Of a stretch of 64,000 nucleotides of DNA, positions 37,700 to 47,524 are shown one piece after another (the first letter of the stretch is position 1; the number at the start of each line of letters is the position of its first letter). The stretch is from Candidatus Caldarchaeum sp. Its GTDB lineage: Archaea; Thermoproteota; Nitrososphaeria_A; Caldarchaeales; Caldarchaeaceae. The DNA lies in contig JAVZZH010000002.1 of the NCBI GenBank assembly GCA_038885755.1, forward strand, positions 1 through 64,000. The letters are read 5' to 3'. The position numbers were made by a program, and so were the translations under genes. Below the pieces are notes generated by a model. The model saw only the letters and a list, made by a program, of their open reading frames with translations. It was not told the origin of the DNA and searched no databases.

Positions 37700-39043
37700 A
37701 TGTCTCAGAAAGCGGAGACCGGTCCTTTAGGCAGGGTGTTTGACGAGTTTTTCAAGTGGCTTGTTGAGAGGCTTGAAAGAACGCCCATAGTCACTTTCAG
37801 GTTTCAAATCCCGAGGCTTGCCGTCAGCCCTTTCGGCTACCTAGGGACTCTCACAGGCATCGTGTTTCTGCTTCTGGGCATCACAGGCGGGCTGCTGATG
37901 CTGTACTATCGGCCGGACATCAACCTAGCCTACAATAGCGTGAAGGAGATTGAGGAAACCATCGAGTTCGGCTTCTTCCTCCGAAACATCCACTACCATG
38001 CGTCCAACGCCATGGTCTTCCTCGCCATCGCACACATGTTCTACCAGTACTTCAGCGGCCGGTACAAGGTCAAGAACGAGGTGATATGGGTCACGGGAAT
38101 AATCCTAGGAACGGTCACGGTTCTGGAGGCTTTCACGGGCTACGACCTGATACTCAACCAGAGAGCCATGCTGGCCGTCAACATAGCAGTCGGGCTTACG
38201 AACGCAGCTCCCCTGCTGGGGCCGCAGGTGGCGCCCATACTTCTAGGCGGAGGCTTGTACGACCTGATAATCAGGTTCTACGCTCTCCACGTCTTCATCC
38301 TCCCGATGGTGATGCTCCTGCTGGCTCTCGTCCACTTCCCACGAAACCTTGTCTTCGACCCGCCTGTCGTGGCGGGAGTGATTGGCGCAATCCTCATAGC
38401 GGGAGGCCTGTACCCCGTCGACCTAGGTCTGAAGTACGACCCGACGCGGGCCATCGTCGAGGTGCCTGAATGGTATCTGACAGCCATCTACGCCTTCATC
38501 AGGACAGGTCTGGAGAGGTTCACGTCAGGCGCTCTGCTCCCGCTCCTCTTCATACTGTTCTTCCTCCTCATCCCGTTCGTAGACAGGTCTAAGAAGCTCA
38601 GCTGGAAGGAGAGGCCTTTCCTCACAGCCGTGGGCCTCGCATCCATAGTGTTGATAATCGTCACAACGGTCTGGGGCTTCTACACCACTCCGAGGGTTGA
38701 CGCGTTCACAGCCGTCTACATAGAGCCTCTAGTCTTCTACCCGGCCCTGCTCTTCACAGTAGCGGCAACCTTCGCCATAAGCTACAAGTACATCGCACCC
38801 CCCGTCAAGCAGGCTGCCAAGCCAGCTCCCAGAGCACGCCCAGTCACTATACAGCTGCCCTACGAATGGTCTGTGAGGATTATCACGGGGCTGCTGGCCG
38901 TCATAGGTATTCTCTCGCTTCTGGCCTTCCAGCAGTACTTGGAGGGGTTGAAGAACCTTTCACTCTTCAACCTAGGGGTCGTCGTGATGCTTTTCGGGTT
39001 GATAGCCCACATCTACCGCCACGCCCTACAACAGATCAAGTAG
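37700..39043 (+). CDS. Cytochrome b of a Rieske/cytochrome b complex
   Basis: Heme ligands in RNIHYHASN..AHMF and YALHVF..LVHF; PEWY Qo motif; extra C-terminal TM helices. Confidence 0.92.
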   Translation: MSQKAETGPLGRVFDEFFKWLVERLERTPIVTFRFQIPRLAVSPFGYLGTLTGIVFLLLGITGGLLMLYYRPDINLAYNSVKEIEETIEFGFFLRNIHYHASNAMVFLAIAHMFYQYFSGRYKVKNEVIWVTGIILGTVTVLEAFTGYDLILNQRAMLAVNIAVGLTNAAPLLGPQVAPILLGGGLYDLIIRFYALHVFILPMVMLLLALVHFPRNLVFDPPVVAGVIGAILIAGGLYPVDLGLKYDPTRAIVEVPEWYLTAIYAFIRTGLERFTSGALLPLLFILFFLLIPFVDRSKKLSWKERPFLTAVGLASIVLIIVTTVWGFYTTPRVDAFTAVYIEPLVFYPALLFTVAATFAISYKYIAPPVKQAAKPAPRARPVTIQLPYEWSVRIITGLLAVIGILSLLAFQQYLEGLKNLSLFNLGVVVMLFGLIAHIYRHALQQIK

Positions 39044-39083
39044 CAGCCAAATCCTTTTTTAGCCAGCCCATCACCATACATAG

Positions 39084-40076
39084 GTGTTGGAGCTCGTAGA
39101 CGGCTTCGGCAGAGCAGCCCGTAAGCTGAGGCTCTCCGTAACCGATAGATGCAACTTCCGATGCGACTTCTGCATGCCGCTACATCCAGTCTGGATACCC
39201 CATTCAGAGATACTGACCTACGAGGAGATTGCTCGAGTGGTTAAGATCCTCGCCTCGATGGGAGTGTCCAAGGTAAGGATGAGCGGCGGCGAGCCCCTCA
39301 TGAGGAGGGATGTCGAGAAAGTCGTCCGGCTCGTCAAGAACGTTCCGGGAGTGGAGAGCGTCTCGATGACGACCAACGGCTACTTCCTAGCTGAGAAGGC
39401 TGAGTCTCTAAAGCAGGCTGGGCTGGACAGCGTGACGGTTAGCCTCCACAGCCTCAAGCCTGAAAGGTTCGAGCAGATAGTCGGCCAGAGAGAGGTCTTC
39501 AGCAGGGTCATGGAAGGGTTGAGGAAAGCTAGGGAGGTTGGGCTGAAGCCGGTAAAGATAAACTGCGTGATAACCCGGGGCTGCAACGACGACGAGATAC
39601 TCGACTTCGTCGAGCTCGGCCGTCAAACCGGCATGGTCATCAGGTTCATCGAGTACATGCCCTTCGACGGCAGGCATACGTGGAGCAGCGATAGGCTCGT
39701 CAGCGGAAGGGAGATTATCGCCAAGATCGAGGAGAGGTACAGTCTTGTGAAGCTTCCGCGGGAGGCTGGAAGCACGTCAGTGGCTTACAGGCTCGTCGAC
39801 GGCTCAGGAGAAGTCAACGTAATAACTTCGATGACTCAGCCATTCTGCGGCGACTGCGACAGAATACGTTTGTCAGCCGACGGCAAAATCGTTCCATGTC
39901 TCTTCAGCCGCGACGAGTACGACGTCAAGAAGCTGGTCAGGGGAGGGGCCTCGGACGAGGAAATCGCCGAGTTTATACGAAGCGCATTCCGCAGAAAGTT
40001 CGCAGGAGTAGAGACCATGATAAAGAGCGGCAGAGTAAGCCCGCTCATAAGACCCATGCACACGATCGGCGGCTGA
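39084..40076 (+). CDS. moaA: GTP 3',8-cyclase
   Basis: LRLSVTDRCNFRCDFCMP, GGEP, FCGDCDRIRL..PCL and terminal IGG. Confidence 0.96.
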   Translation: MLELVDGFGRAARKLRLSVTDRCNFRCDFCMPLHPVWIPHSEILTYEEIARVVKILASMGVSKVRMSGGEPLMRRDVEKVVRLVKNVPGVESVSMTTNGYFLAEKAESLKQAGLDSVTVSLHSLKPERFEQIVGQREVFSRVMEGLRKAREVGLKPVKINCVITRGCNDDEILDFVELGRQTGMVIRFIEYMPFDGRHTWSSDRLVSGREIIAKIEERYSLVKLPREAGSTSVAYRLVDGSGEVNVITSMTQPFCGDCDRIRLSADGKIVPCLFSRDEYDVKKLVRGGASDEEIAEFIRSAFRRKFAGVETMIKSGRVSPLIRPMHTIGG

Positions 40077-40527
40077 GAAAAATTCGTCCTCAACTCATGA
40101 TAGATGAGAATTTCCTCGACACAATGAATTAATGCTTATGCAGCGCCGTCAGCATATCCGTCGGCAGGGAAAACGCTGCGGAAGTCTTCCGTGAAGTTTG
40201 GAGGCTTCAAAGCGTTGCGTGAAAAAGGCGAAGTCAAGGTAGGCAGCACTCCGCTCGAGACGCTGGAGAGCATATCCCGGTACCTAAGTCCGGCTACATG
40301 AACAAGATAGTGATAAAGCGGATGGGGGAGAACATGGCGGTCGTCGACATGTCGGTGCTGGACTCGTCTGTGAGGCTCACCGACGAGAACAAAGCACCAT
40401 CCCACATCATGACATGTTCGCGGCCTTGGACGAGATGAGCTACGAGGCTGAGTTGATAGAACTGATTCTCGACAGAGAGGGAACCACGTCAGGGAGAATT
40501 GGGTGATCAGTAAGCGTGGCTGAAGGC

Positions 40528-41226
40528 CTACAGCGTGAAAACCCGGCCGAGATGCGAGAGGTCGGCGTCCAGCCCCAGTCTCCTTACAACGTTCCACAAA
40601 GTCGACGAGTTGCTCGATATGGTTGGCCTGTTCGTCCTCTCCTCAACCAGCTTAATCGCCTTGAAAGTGCTGAGGTTCGTGCAGCTTATGAAGACGGCTT
40701 CAGCTCTTGGATGAAGGTTTTCAACAGCCCAGCGGGCTACTTCATCGTCTGAAACCCTGCCTATCCTGAGGTTTTCCGTAAGGGATGCGTGAAAGTAGTT
40801 AAGCACGTCGACGTCGTGAGCCCGCAGGTACTGCTTCTCTATCTCTGTGATGTCGTGTGTGTACGGCGTTATCATCGTGATTTTCTTAGCGCCCAGCCTT
40901 TCGAGAGCCCGGACAACGGCCCCCGACGTAGCCACGCATGGAATCCCGAAAGACTCTTCGATCCTCCTCTCGATGTCCAAGTACTGCCTGCCTCCCTTGA
41001 TGAAGCTTCCGCTTGTGCAGCCATAGACAATAACGTCAACCTCCGCCGAGGCTAGCTTCTCAGCTTCCCTCTGAGCCTCGTCCTCCAAAGCCGCCAGCTC
41101 AGAGTAAACAACTCTCTCGAGCTTTATCCTCGCACCGTGCACGGTCGCCTTCCCGGCCAAAGCCTCGTTGAACTCCCTCTCCATCGTCGTGTTCGACGAC
41201 GGCAGAATCAAGCCAACTCTCTGCAT
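40528..41226 (-). CDS. Maleate cis-trans isomerase / Asp-Glu racemase family protein
   Basis: GLILPSSNTTME, YGCTSGS, ITPY, ISCTNL and SSN. Confidence 0.9.
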   Translation of the reverse strand: MQRVGLILPSSNTTMEREFNEALAGKATVHGARIKLERVVYSELAALEDEAQREAEKLASAEVDVIVYGCTSGSFIKGGRQYLDIERRIEESFGIPCVATSGAVVRALERLGAKKITMITPYTHDITEIEKQYLRAHDVDVLNYFHASLTENLRIGRVSDDEVARWAVENLHPRAEAVFISCTNLSTFKAIKLVEERTNRPTISSNSSTLWNVVRRLGLDADLSHLGRVFTL

Positions 41227-41298
41227 GACGATCAGGGTTTATCCCGGTGGATAAATTTTTGAGGGCTTTCACCAACCCCGCAGGCTTAAATACAGTCC

Positions 41299-42234
41299 AT
41301 GAAATCGCCCTTCATGAAACGGCACATAATCTCCGCAAAGCAGTTCGAGAGAGACGAGGTCCTGAACCTGTTTGAAAAAGCGAAGAGGCTTAAACAGCTA
41401 TTCAAGGAGAAGCGGGTCCTCAACCTAGCCGGGGACAGGATAATGACCACGGTCTTCCTCGAGCCCAGCACGAGGACGAGGCTGAGCTTCGCCTTCGCCA
41501 TGAAGAGGCTGGGCGGAGACGTGGTGGATTTTGGAGCTGAGGAGATAACCAGCAGGGCTAAGGGCGAGTCTTTCGAGGACACGATGAAGATGCTTGACTG
41601 CTATTCGCCCGACGTGATAGTGTTGAGGAGCAGGGAGGTCGGGGCCGCTGAAAAAGCATCGAAGATTGTAAGCTGCCCGGTCGTCAACGCTGGAGACGGC
41701 TGGAACGAGCACCCCACTCAGGCCCTCCTAGACGTCTACACCGTTTGGGAGGTTCTGGGCAGGGTTGACGGGCTGAGCGTGGGGATTATGGGCGACCTGA
41801 AGTATGGAAGAACGCCCAGCAGCCTCTCCTACCTCCTGTCCAAGTTCAGCAACATCTCCATCACCTACATAGCGCCCGCCGAGCTGCAGATAAGGCAGGA
41901 AGTACTGGACTACGTCAAAAACATCAGGGTAAGCATGCGTTCTAGGCTGGAGGAGGTTGAGGAAGAGCTCGACATCCTGTACGTCACGAGGCTGCAGAAA
42001 GAACGCTTCACCGACCAGCGGCTCTACGAGTCGTTGAAAGGCAGCTACACCCTGACCCCGGCTCTTCTCAAAAAGCTGAAGAAAACCCCGGTCATACTCC
42101 ATCCTCTACCACGGGTGGACGAGCTCTCAACCGAAGTAGACAACCTGCCAGAGGCCAAGTACTTCTTACAAGCTGAGAACGGCGTCTACGTGAGAGCCGC
42201 CCTGATAGCCGAGCTGCTGTCGTTGAACACGTGA
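41299..42234 (+). CDS. pyrB: Aspartate carbamoyltransferase catalytic subunit
   Basis: EPSTRTRLSF, KGES, EHPTQALLD, GDLKYGRT, RLQKERF and HPLPR. Confidence 0.9.
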   Translation: MKSPFMKRHIISAKQFERDEVLNLFEKAKRLKQLFKEKRVLNLAGDRIMTTVFLEPSTRTRLSFAFAMKRLGGDVVDFGAEEITSRAKGESFEDTMKMLDCYSPDVIVLRSREVGAAEKASKIVSCPVVNAGDGWNEHPTQALLDVYTVWEVLGRVDGLSVGIMGDLKYGRTPSSLSYLLSKFSNISITYIAPAELQIRQEVLDYVKNIRVSMRSRLEEVEEELDILYVTRLQKERFTDQRLYESLKGSYTLTPALLKKLKKTPVILHPLPRVDELSTEVDNLPEAKYFLQAENGVYVRAALIAELLSLNT

Positions 42235-42274
42235 AGGAAGCTCGATTAAATGCCTGCCACGCTACATTTGGTTA

Positions 42275-42706
42275 ATGATTTCTTCGTCAAGCTCAGACGC
42301 TCTAGAAATCCTACGTGAAAGGCTTGGACGTCAAGACTTCACCGTTGTGGGAAGAGACACGGTGAGTTACGAATAAGCTGCGGGAGTTAAGGGCTTACTG
42401 CGGTATGTTGAAGACCATGTGGGCGGGAAACGTAAGTAGGCCCGAATCGTCAGGAGCACCGTTCCCCACGGCTTGATCAAATCAATCAAGCTTAAGGGCG
42501 GCGGGTTTCTCATCACCGAGTCATACGGCCCCTACGGGCCCTACGATGCCAAAAGCATAGGAGAGCTGGCGACCAAATCCGTCGGCTCCGCGATAGCCAA
42601 CGCCGTCTCCCGGGCTCTGGGCAAGCGTGTAAAATCTCTACCCATCAAGCCTGAAGAAGCCCTGCGTATGCTGAAGGACTCCCTTGTTGTAAAACTAATT
42701 AAGTGA
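42275..42706 (+). pseudogene. Xanthine dehydrogenase/CoxL-type molybdenum hydroxylase large-subunit remnant
   Basis: N-terminal FTVVG and ARIVRSTVPHGLIKSI joined directly to the extreme C-terminal GPYDAKSIGE..AIANAV..LPIKPE, with in-frame stops. Confidence 0.8.
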
Positions 42707-42733
42707 TTTTTCGATTCTCGACCGTGGTGATGG

Positions 42734-43771
42734 ATGCCTAGAGTGGTCTTGATAAGAGGCGATGGAACGGGGCCTGAGCTGGCTGAGGCTTTGAAGACTG
42801 TTTTCGCAGCCATCTCTCCACCCGTAGAGTTGGTTGAGTGCGAGGCTGGGTCGGAGTGGTGGAGCAGGCATGGAGGAAACAGCATGATCCCTCCCGAGAC
42901 ATGGGAAGCCATCAAGTCGAGCGACGCCTGCTTCAAGTCGCCGACCACGACCCCGCCCGACCCGAAGGCCCCCCGGAGCGTGGCGGTGTCAATCCGTCAG
43001 GAAATGGACCTATACGCAAACGTCAGGCCCATCAAGACCTTCAAGGGGGCTGAGAGCCCGCTGTCTCAGATATTCGGCCCGTTCGACTTTGTCTGCGTAA
43101 GGGAGGCTACGGAGGGCCTTTACTCAGGGATCGAGTACAAGCTCACCGACGACGTCTCGATCGCTGTCAGGAAGATTACGAGGAGGTCTAGCGAGCGGGT
43201 GGCTAGGTGGGCTTTCAGGCTGGCCCGCGAGAAGGGATGGAGCAAGGTGATCGCAGTAACCAAGCGGAACATCCTGAAGGTTTCGGACGGGGTTTTCTGG
43301 GAGGCTGTCGAGAACGTTGCGAAGGAGTTTCCGGGGATCGAGTACGAGGAGTACTACATCGACAACATGTCTCAGCAGCTTGTCAAGAACCCTAACAGGT
43401 TCAACCAGAACGTCATCCTGAGCACCAACCTGTTCATGGACGTGCTGTCGGAGCTGGCGGCCGGGCTTGTCGGCAACATAGGGATGGTTTACGCCGCAAA
43501 CATAGGCGACAGATACGCCATGTTCGAGCCCGCTCACGGCAGCGCCCCCAAGTACAAGGGGATGGACAGGGTGAACCCCACGGCCACCATACTCTCGGGT
43601 GCTTGGATGCTAAAATACCTCGGCCTGCATAAATACGGTGAAGCAGTCGAGAGAGCCACGGAGGAGGTGATCGCTGAGAAGAAGAACGTGACTGTTGACA
43701 TGGGTGGGACAGCCAAAACGTCTGAGATGGCTGCGGCTATAGCTAGGAGAGCAGCCACGCTCCTCTCCTAA
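42734..43771 (+). CDS. Isocitrate/isopropylmalate dehydrogenase family protein
   Basis: GDGTGPE, LYANVRP, REATEGLY, NLFMDVLSE and FEPAHGSAP. Confidence 0.92.
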   Translation: MPRVVLIRGDGTGPELAEALKTVFAAISPPVELVECEAGSEWWSRHGGNSMIPPETWEAIKSSDACFKSPTTTPPDPKAPRSVAVSIRQEMDLYANVRPIKTFKGAESPLSQIFGPFDFVCVREATEGLYSGIEYKLTDDVSIAVRKITRRSSERVARWAFRLAREKGWSKVIAVTKRNILKVSDGVFWEAVENVAKEFPGIEYEEYYIDNMSQQLVKNPNRFNQNVILSTNLFMDVLSELAAGLVGNIGMVYAANIGDRYAMFEPAHGSAPKYKGMDRVNPTATILSGAWMLKYLGLHKYGEAVERATEEVIAEKKNVTVDMGGTAKTSEMAAAIARRAATLLS

Positions 43772-45291
43772 AAATCCTCAACCCCTAGAATCATGCGTCC
43801 GGGCTTTGCACGGTAAGCCGGATGCCCGACGGCCACGACCAGCACGTTCTCCTTCTCTCCCGCGTGAGGGGAGAAGAACTCTCTCACATCGTCGTCGTAG
43901 AAAGTAAGCCCCGTTGCGCCGACCCCAGCCATGTAAGCAGCTAGGTAGGCCAGCCCAGCCCTGATACCTCCCTCCAGCTGCGCAACCCTGTATCCACGGT
44001 TGCCCAATTTCTTGAGAACATCAGTCAACGGAGTCATGAAGAAAAACACGGCGGCGGCGTCGCTGCCCAAGTCCTGCTCCAGACAAAGATAGCCGCTGAC
44101 TCTCCGAAACTCACCCCGCTTGAGCGTCTTGAGGTTTTCCCCGTCGTAGAAGTAGGCGCCCGGAGGAAGGCCTTCAACCGAGTGTGCTATGACGTAGATA
44201 TCTATGTGGGGCCCGTTGAAGTCCGTCCTCAAGCTTTGCGACGCCGTTTCGAGGATTGTGGAGAGCTGATTCAGAGTTATTGGCTGCCTGCTGAACCTTC
44301 TCGTGGAGCCGCGTCTAAGTATGGTCTCCCAGAGCGGGGGCCCTGCCGCGTCCGCAGGCTTCAGCTCGATCACCTCACCATCCTCGTGTCTCAGCTCCCT
44401 CTTCTGCATAGCCCTAGCTCTCCAATCCTCCAGCTCCTCGGTAGAATGTATGCATGAGGCCAGATGCATCTCCTCCACAAGCCTGTAGGACACTTCCCTC
44501 GCGGACAATGGTCTAACCCTCGGGCTTACCGCCTCTACGACGGCGTGCTCGGGAGCTGGTTTAACCGACCGCCCCACCGGAACCACGGCGACCGCTGCTT
44601 CCCTCAACCCATCGACCGCCACAAGCCTGTTTACCGCCTCGTCCACGAACCCGGCCGCCACGACGGACTCGAGCCCGTAAGAGCTGCACACAGCCAGAAG
44701 ATTGGCCAACATAACGCCCGAGTCCCAGAACCAGTGCCTGTAAGACCTCTCCCTGTACTTCCAAGCGTTGCGCCATCCTATCGACGTTAGGACGATGGAT
44801 GCTTGGCTGGATCCAGCCTCTCCGAGGGAGTTCCTTGCTAGGAACCCGCGGTAGTCTCCTGACCTCAGGCATGTTAGGGCGTATCTGCTGGGGCTGAAGT
44901 GGTACACGCCGTCCGCAAGCCCGTCAACATCCCCCGCTACGACGTAAACCTCTGTCGGGTAGAGGGCTCCGGTCGCAGGTGCGGCCCTGAAGTAGTGGAC
45001 GCCGTCGGGGTATCTTACCTCACGGGTTATTCCCGCCGTGAAATACAGCAGCGAGGCTAGGGACTCGAGGCTGAGACGGTTTCCCCCGGCGGTGGCGAGG
45101 TTCTTCAGGGTTCTTGACATGGGCTTGGGTATTTCTCGTGGCAGGCGTGTGGACGGCAGGTCTTCGTAGGTCTTGAAGGGATGCGGCTTGTTGGCCCAGT
45201 CCAGCCTGTGGAGGACTGTGCGTACGCTCACGTAGCTGTGCTTCGTGGCTTCGTGGAACTCCAACGCCTTCCGGTAGTCGGGGCTAGTCAA
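43768..45291 (-). CDS. SagB/ThcOx-like tandem nitroreductase-domain dehydrogenase
   Basis: FRAAPATGALYPTEVY, WKYRERSYRH, second domain RRGSTRRF and GATGLTFYDD. Confidence 0.88.
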   Translation of the reverse strand: MTSPDYRKALEFHEATKHSYVSVRTVLHRLDWANKPHPFKTYEDLPSTRLPREIPKPMSRTLKNLATAGGNRLSLESLASLLYFTAGITREVRYPDGVHYFRAAPATGALYPTEVYVVAGDVDGLADGVYHFSPSRYALTCLRSGDYRGFLARNSLGEAGSSQASIVLTSIGWRNAWKYRERSYRHWFWDSGVMLANLLAVCSSYGLESVVAAGFVDEAVNRLVAVDGLREAAVAVVPVGRSVKPAPEHAVVEAVSPRVRPLSAREVSYRLVEEMHLASCIHSTEELEDWRARAMQKRELRHEDGEVIELKPADAAGPPLWETILRRGSTRRFSRQPITLNQLSTILETASQSLRTDFNGPHIDIYVIAHSVEGLPPGAYFYDGENLKTLKRGEFRRVSGYLCLEQDLGSDAAAVFFFMTPLTDVLKKLGNRGYRVAQLEGGIRAGLAYLAAYMAGVGATGLTFYDDDVREFFSPHAGEKENVLVVAVGHPAYRAKPGRMILGVEDF

Positions 45292-45596
45292 GCACCAGCG
45301 TCAAGAAACGAAACCATGCAGGTATTAAGCTCAGCGGACAGTAAGACAAGCAGCTCCGCAGAAGACCGTCTGGGATGCGCATAAGCACCGGGATGCTTGC
45401 TTTGCTCATCGAAACTCGGCTCCGAAACGCCAACCCTTAAGCCAATCCCATCCCTCAGGTAGTCGGCTATGTAGGCCTGCAACTCTCCCTCCTGCCCCGT
45501 CGCGCTTGGGACCGGGACGACCTTCCGCAGAAACTTGACGAGCTCTTCACGGCGCTTGTCTACGCTTGAAAGTGCTGTGTCTTTGACGGACTGCAT
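45288..45596 (-). pseudogene. N-terminal fragment of an M20 (ArgE/DapE) amidohydrolase
   Basis: RREELVKFLRKVVPVPSATGQEGELQAYIADYL, after which the similarity is lost. Confidence 0.65.
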
Positions 45597-45693
45597 GACG
45601 TCCGCACGGTTTCCGGAGTGGGGTTCAAGGCTTTTTTTTCAGAAAACAGGCGTGAAACACGTAAATATTCCACCTGTCGACAGATTTTCTGCG

Positions 45694-46641
45694 TTGCCGT
45701 CTAAAGTCAGGCTTGGGATAAGTCTGCAGAACTATTTCGCCTCAGACGATCACATCTCTATCAAAGACCTGCTGGAGACCGCTAAGCTGGCGGAAGACCT
45801 AGGGTTCCACTCTGTCTGGGTGTGGGACCACCTCGTTTTAGGAAGCCGGAAATACTTCCCCATACACGAGTCCCTCGTCGTTCTCTCCGCAGTCGCAGCA
45901 CACACAACCAGAGTCAGGCTCGGGACCGGAATCTACCTACTAACCCTCCGCACCCCTCTCGCTGTTGCTAAGCAGTTGACAGCCATAGACCATTTGAGCG
46001 GCGGGCGAATAACTTTCGGCGTTGCGGCGGGATGGTACGAGAGGGAGTTCAAGGCGAGCGGGGTTCCGTTCAACAAGAGAGGGGAGATACTCGTCAAATA
46101 CGTCAAAATAATCAAGAGGCTGTTGACTGAAGACTACGTCGACGGCGTCTACGACGGGCTGCAGTTCGACAAAGTCAGGCTGGAGCCGAAGCCTGTTCAG
46201 AAACCTCATCCACCCATATGGCTGGGAGGCTATGTTGAGAAGGCGTTGGAGAGAGTTGGCGTGATTGGCGACGGCTGGGTCTCCTACTTCTACACGCCGT
46301 CGAGCTTCAAGAAGAGCTGGGAGAAGATTCTAGGCTATGCTGGTAAGCATGGACGCAGCGGTGAAAAACTCGACAACTGCGTGATGGTGCCGGCGTTGAT
46401 AGACGAGAATAGGGTTTCAGCTATGAAGAGGGTGAACAGCTTCGTGAGCAGGTACTGCGACCTCCCGCCTTGGAGCGAGGCTTCAGCAGAAAGCGCTGTG
46501 GCGGGCAGCAGAGACGAGTGTCTGCTGCAAGTCGAGAGGTACCGGGAGAGCGGGGTGAGGGAGCTGGCTTTGATGCCGGTGTTTGAATCCCCCAAGCAGG
46601 TCAACGAGAGAGTCAGGGAGATTGGGCGGGCTTTGCTTTAA
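45694..46641 (+). CDS. LLM-class (probably F420-dependent) oxidoreductase
   Basis: AEDLGFHSVWVWDH, RVRLGTG, DHLSGGR and PKPVQKPHPPIWLGG. Confidence 0.9.
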   Translation: MPSKVRLGISLQNYFASDDHISIKDLLETAKLAEDLGFHSVWVWDHLVLGSRKYFPIHESLVVLSAVAAHTTRVRLGTGIYLLTLRTPLAVAKQLTAIDHLSGGRITFGVAAGWYEREFKASGVPFNKRGEILVKYVKIIKRLLTEDYVDGVYDGLQFDKVRLEPKPVQKPHPPIWLGGYVEKALERVGVIGDGWVSYFYTPSSFKKSWEKILGYAGKHGRSGEKLDNCVMVPALIDENRVSAMKRVNSFVSRYCDLPPWSEASAESAVAGSRDECLLQVERYRESGVRELALMPVFESPKQVNERVREIGRALL

Positions 46642-46659
46642 GCCAGCGCCTAACCCTTT

Positions 46660-47200
46660 TCAGTAGTCGACCACTACTCCGAACAACCGCTGACGAGGAC
46701 CCATCACCATGTTCTTGTACAGGCTATCGACGAGCTTGACAGGCCACCCGCACAGCTTCGCCGGCAGGCATGCGGTTATCTCGAGCGTGAAGTTAACCTT
46801 GTTCCCGAACCCTCCGCCCACATCAGGCTTCAGAACTTTGACGTTTCCCACAGGCACTTGAAGAGCTTGGGCAATCACGTGCCGAGCTGTAAACCAAGTG
46901 GCTGTTGAAAGCCTCGTCGCACGTAGCTACGACTTGTATGGATCATGAAGCCCGGCTGCCCAGCCTTCCTCCGCCTTACATTCATCTGTCGGCCGCCGAG
47001 AAAACCTCTGCGACGCCGGGAGCGCTGTGGCTGGAACGATGCTGAACACTAGAACCCCAATATCGGAAGAGCAGCGGGGCGTCAGGCTCGAGCGCCGCTC
47101 AACACCACGTCTACAGGCTCTCCAACAAACCTGACACTGTCAACAGCCAGAGGCATGGTCTTGGGGTCTCTCCAGACTAAGCCATCAACGAAAGGGGCTC
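46660..47200 (-). pseudogene. Second CoxL/XdhA-type molybdenum hydroxylase remnant
   Basis: PLAVDSVRFVGEPV and VKVLKPDVGGGFGNK..PVKLV in broken frames. Confidence 0.75.
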
Positions 47201-47524
47201 CATGCATCTCGTCAAACCCCTGCCGTTCAAGACCATCTGTAAGCCGGGGAATTGGAGAGCTCTGGAGACGTAAGGCGTGTGCGTAGAGGCTGTTGACTAC
47301 GCAGTGAAGCAGCTTGGGCGGGTTTATGTCGTCGACGTGCTGTCCGAAGCCTTTCAAAAGCCAGCCCACCCTCTCCCTGAAACCGCCATTCTTCAAGCTG
47401 TCGCTCACGAGCGGAGTGCATCATGCTTCAGCCGTCTGCAAACGGCATACAGGTGTCTACGAAAAACAGTTCCATGTATTTTGATTTCTTAAGGCTTAAA
47501 TTACTCAGGAAATCACCAACGTCC

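Noticed and set aside
40136-40510. Possible gene between moaA and the maleate isomerase-like gene
   Set aside because: Only broken frames are present; probably a relic, but I cannot assign a family.
43768-45291. RiPP (azole) biosynthetic cluster suggested by the SagB-like gene and TldD
   Set aside because: No YcaO, precursor peptide or transporter is adjacent; tldD is 30 kb away and both families occur stand-alone in archaea.
47277-47345. SDR-like fragment (VEAVDYAVKQLGRVYVV)
   Set aside because: Too short to support as a feature.
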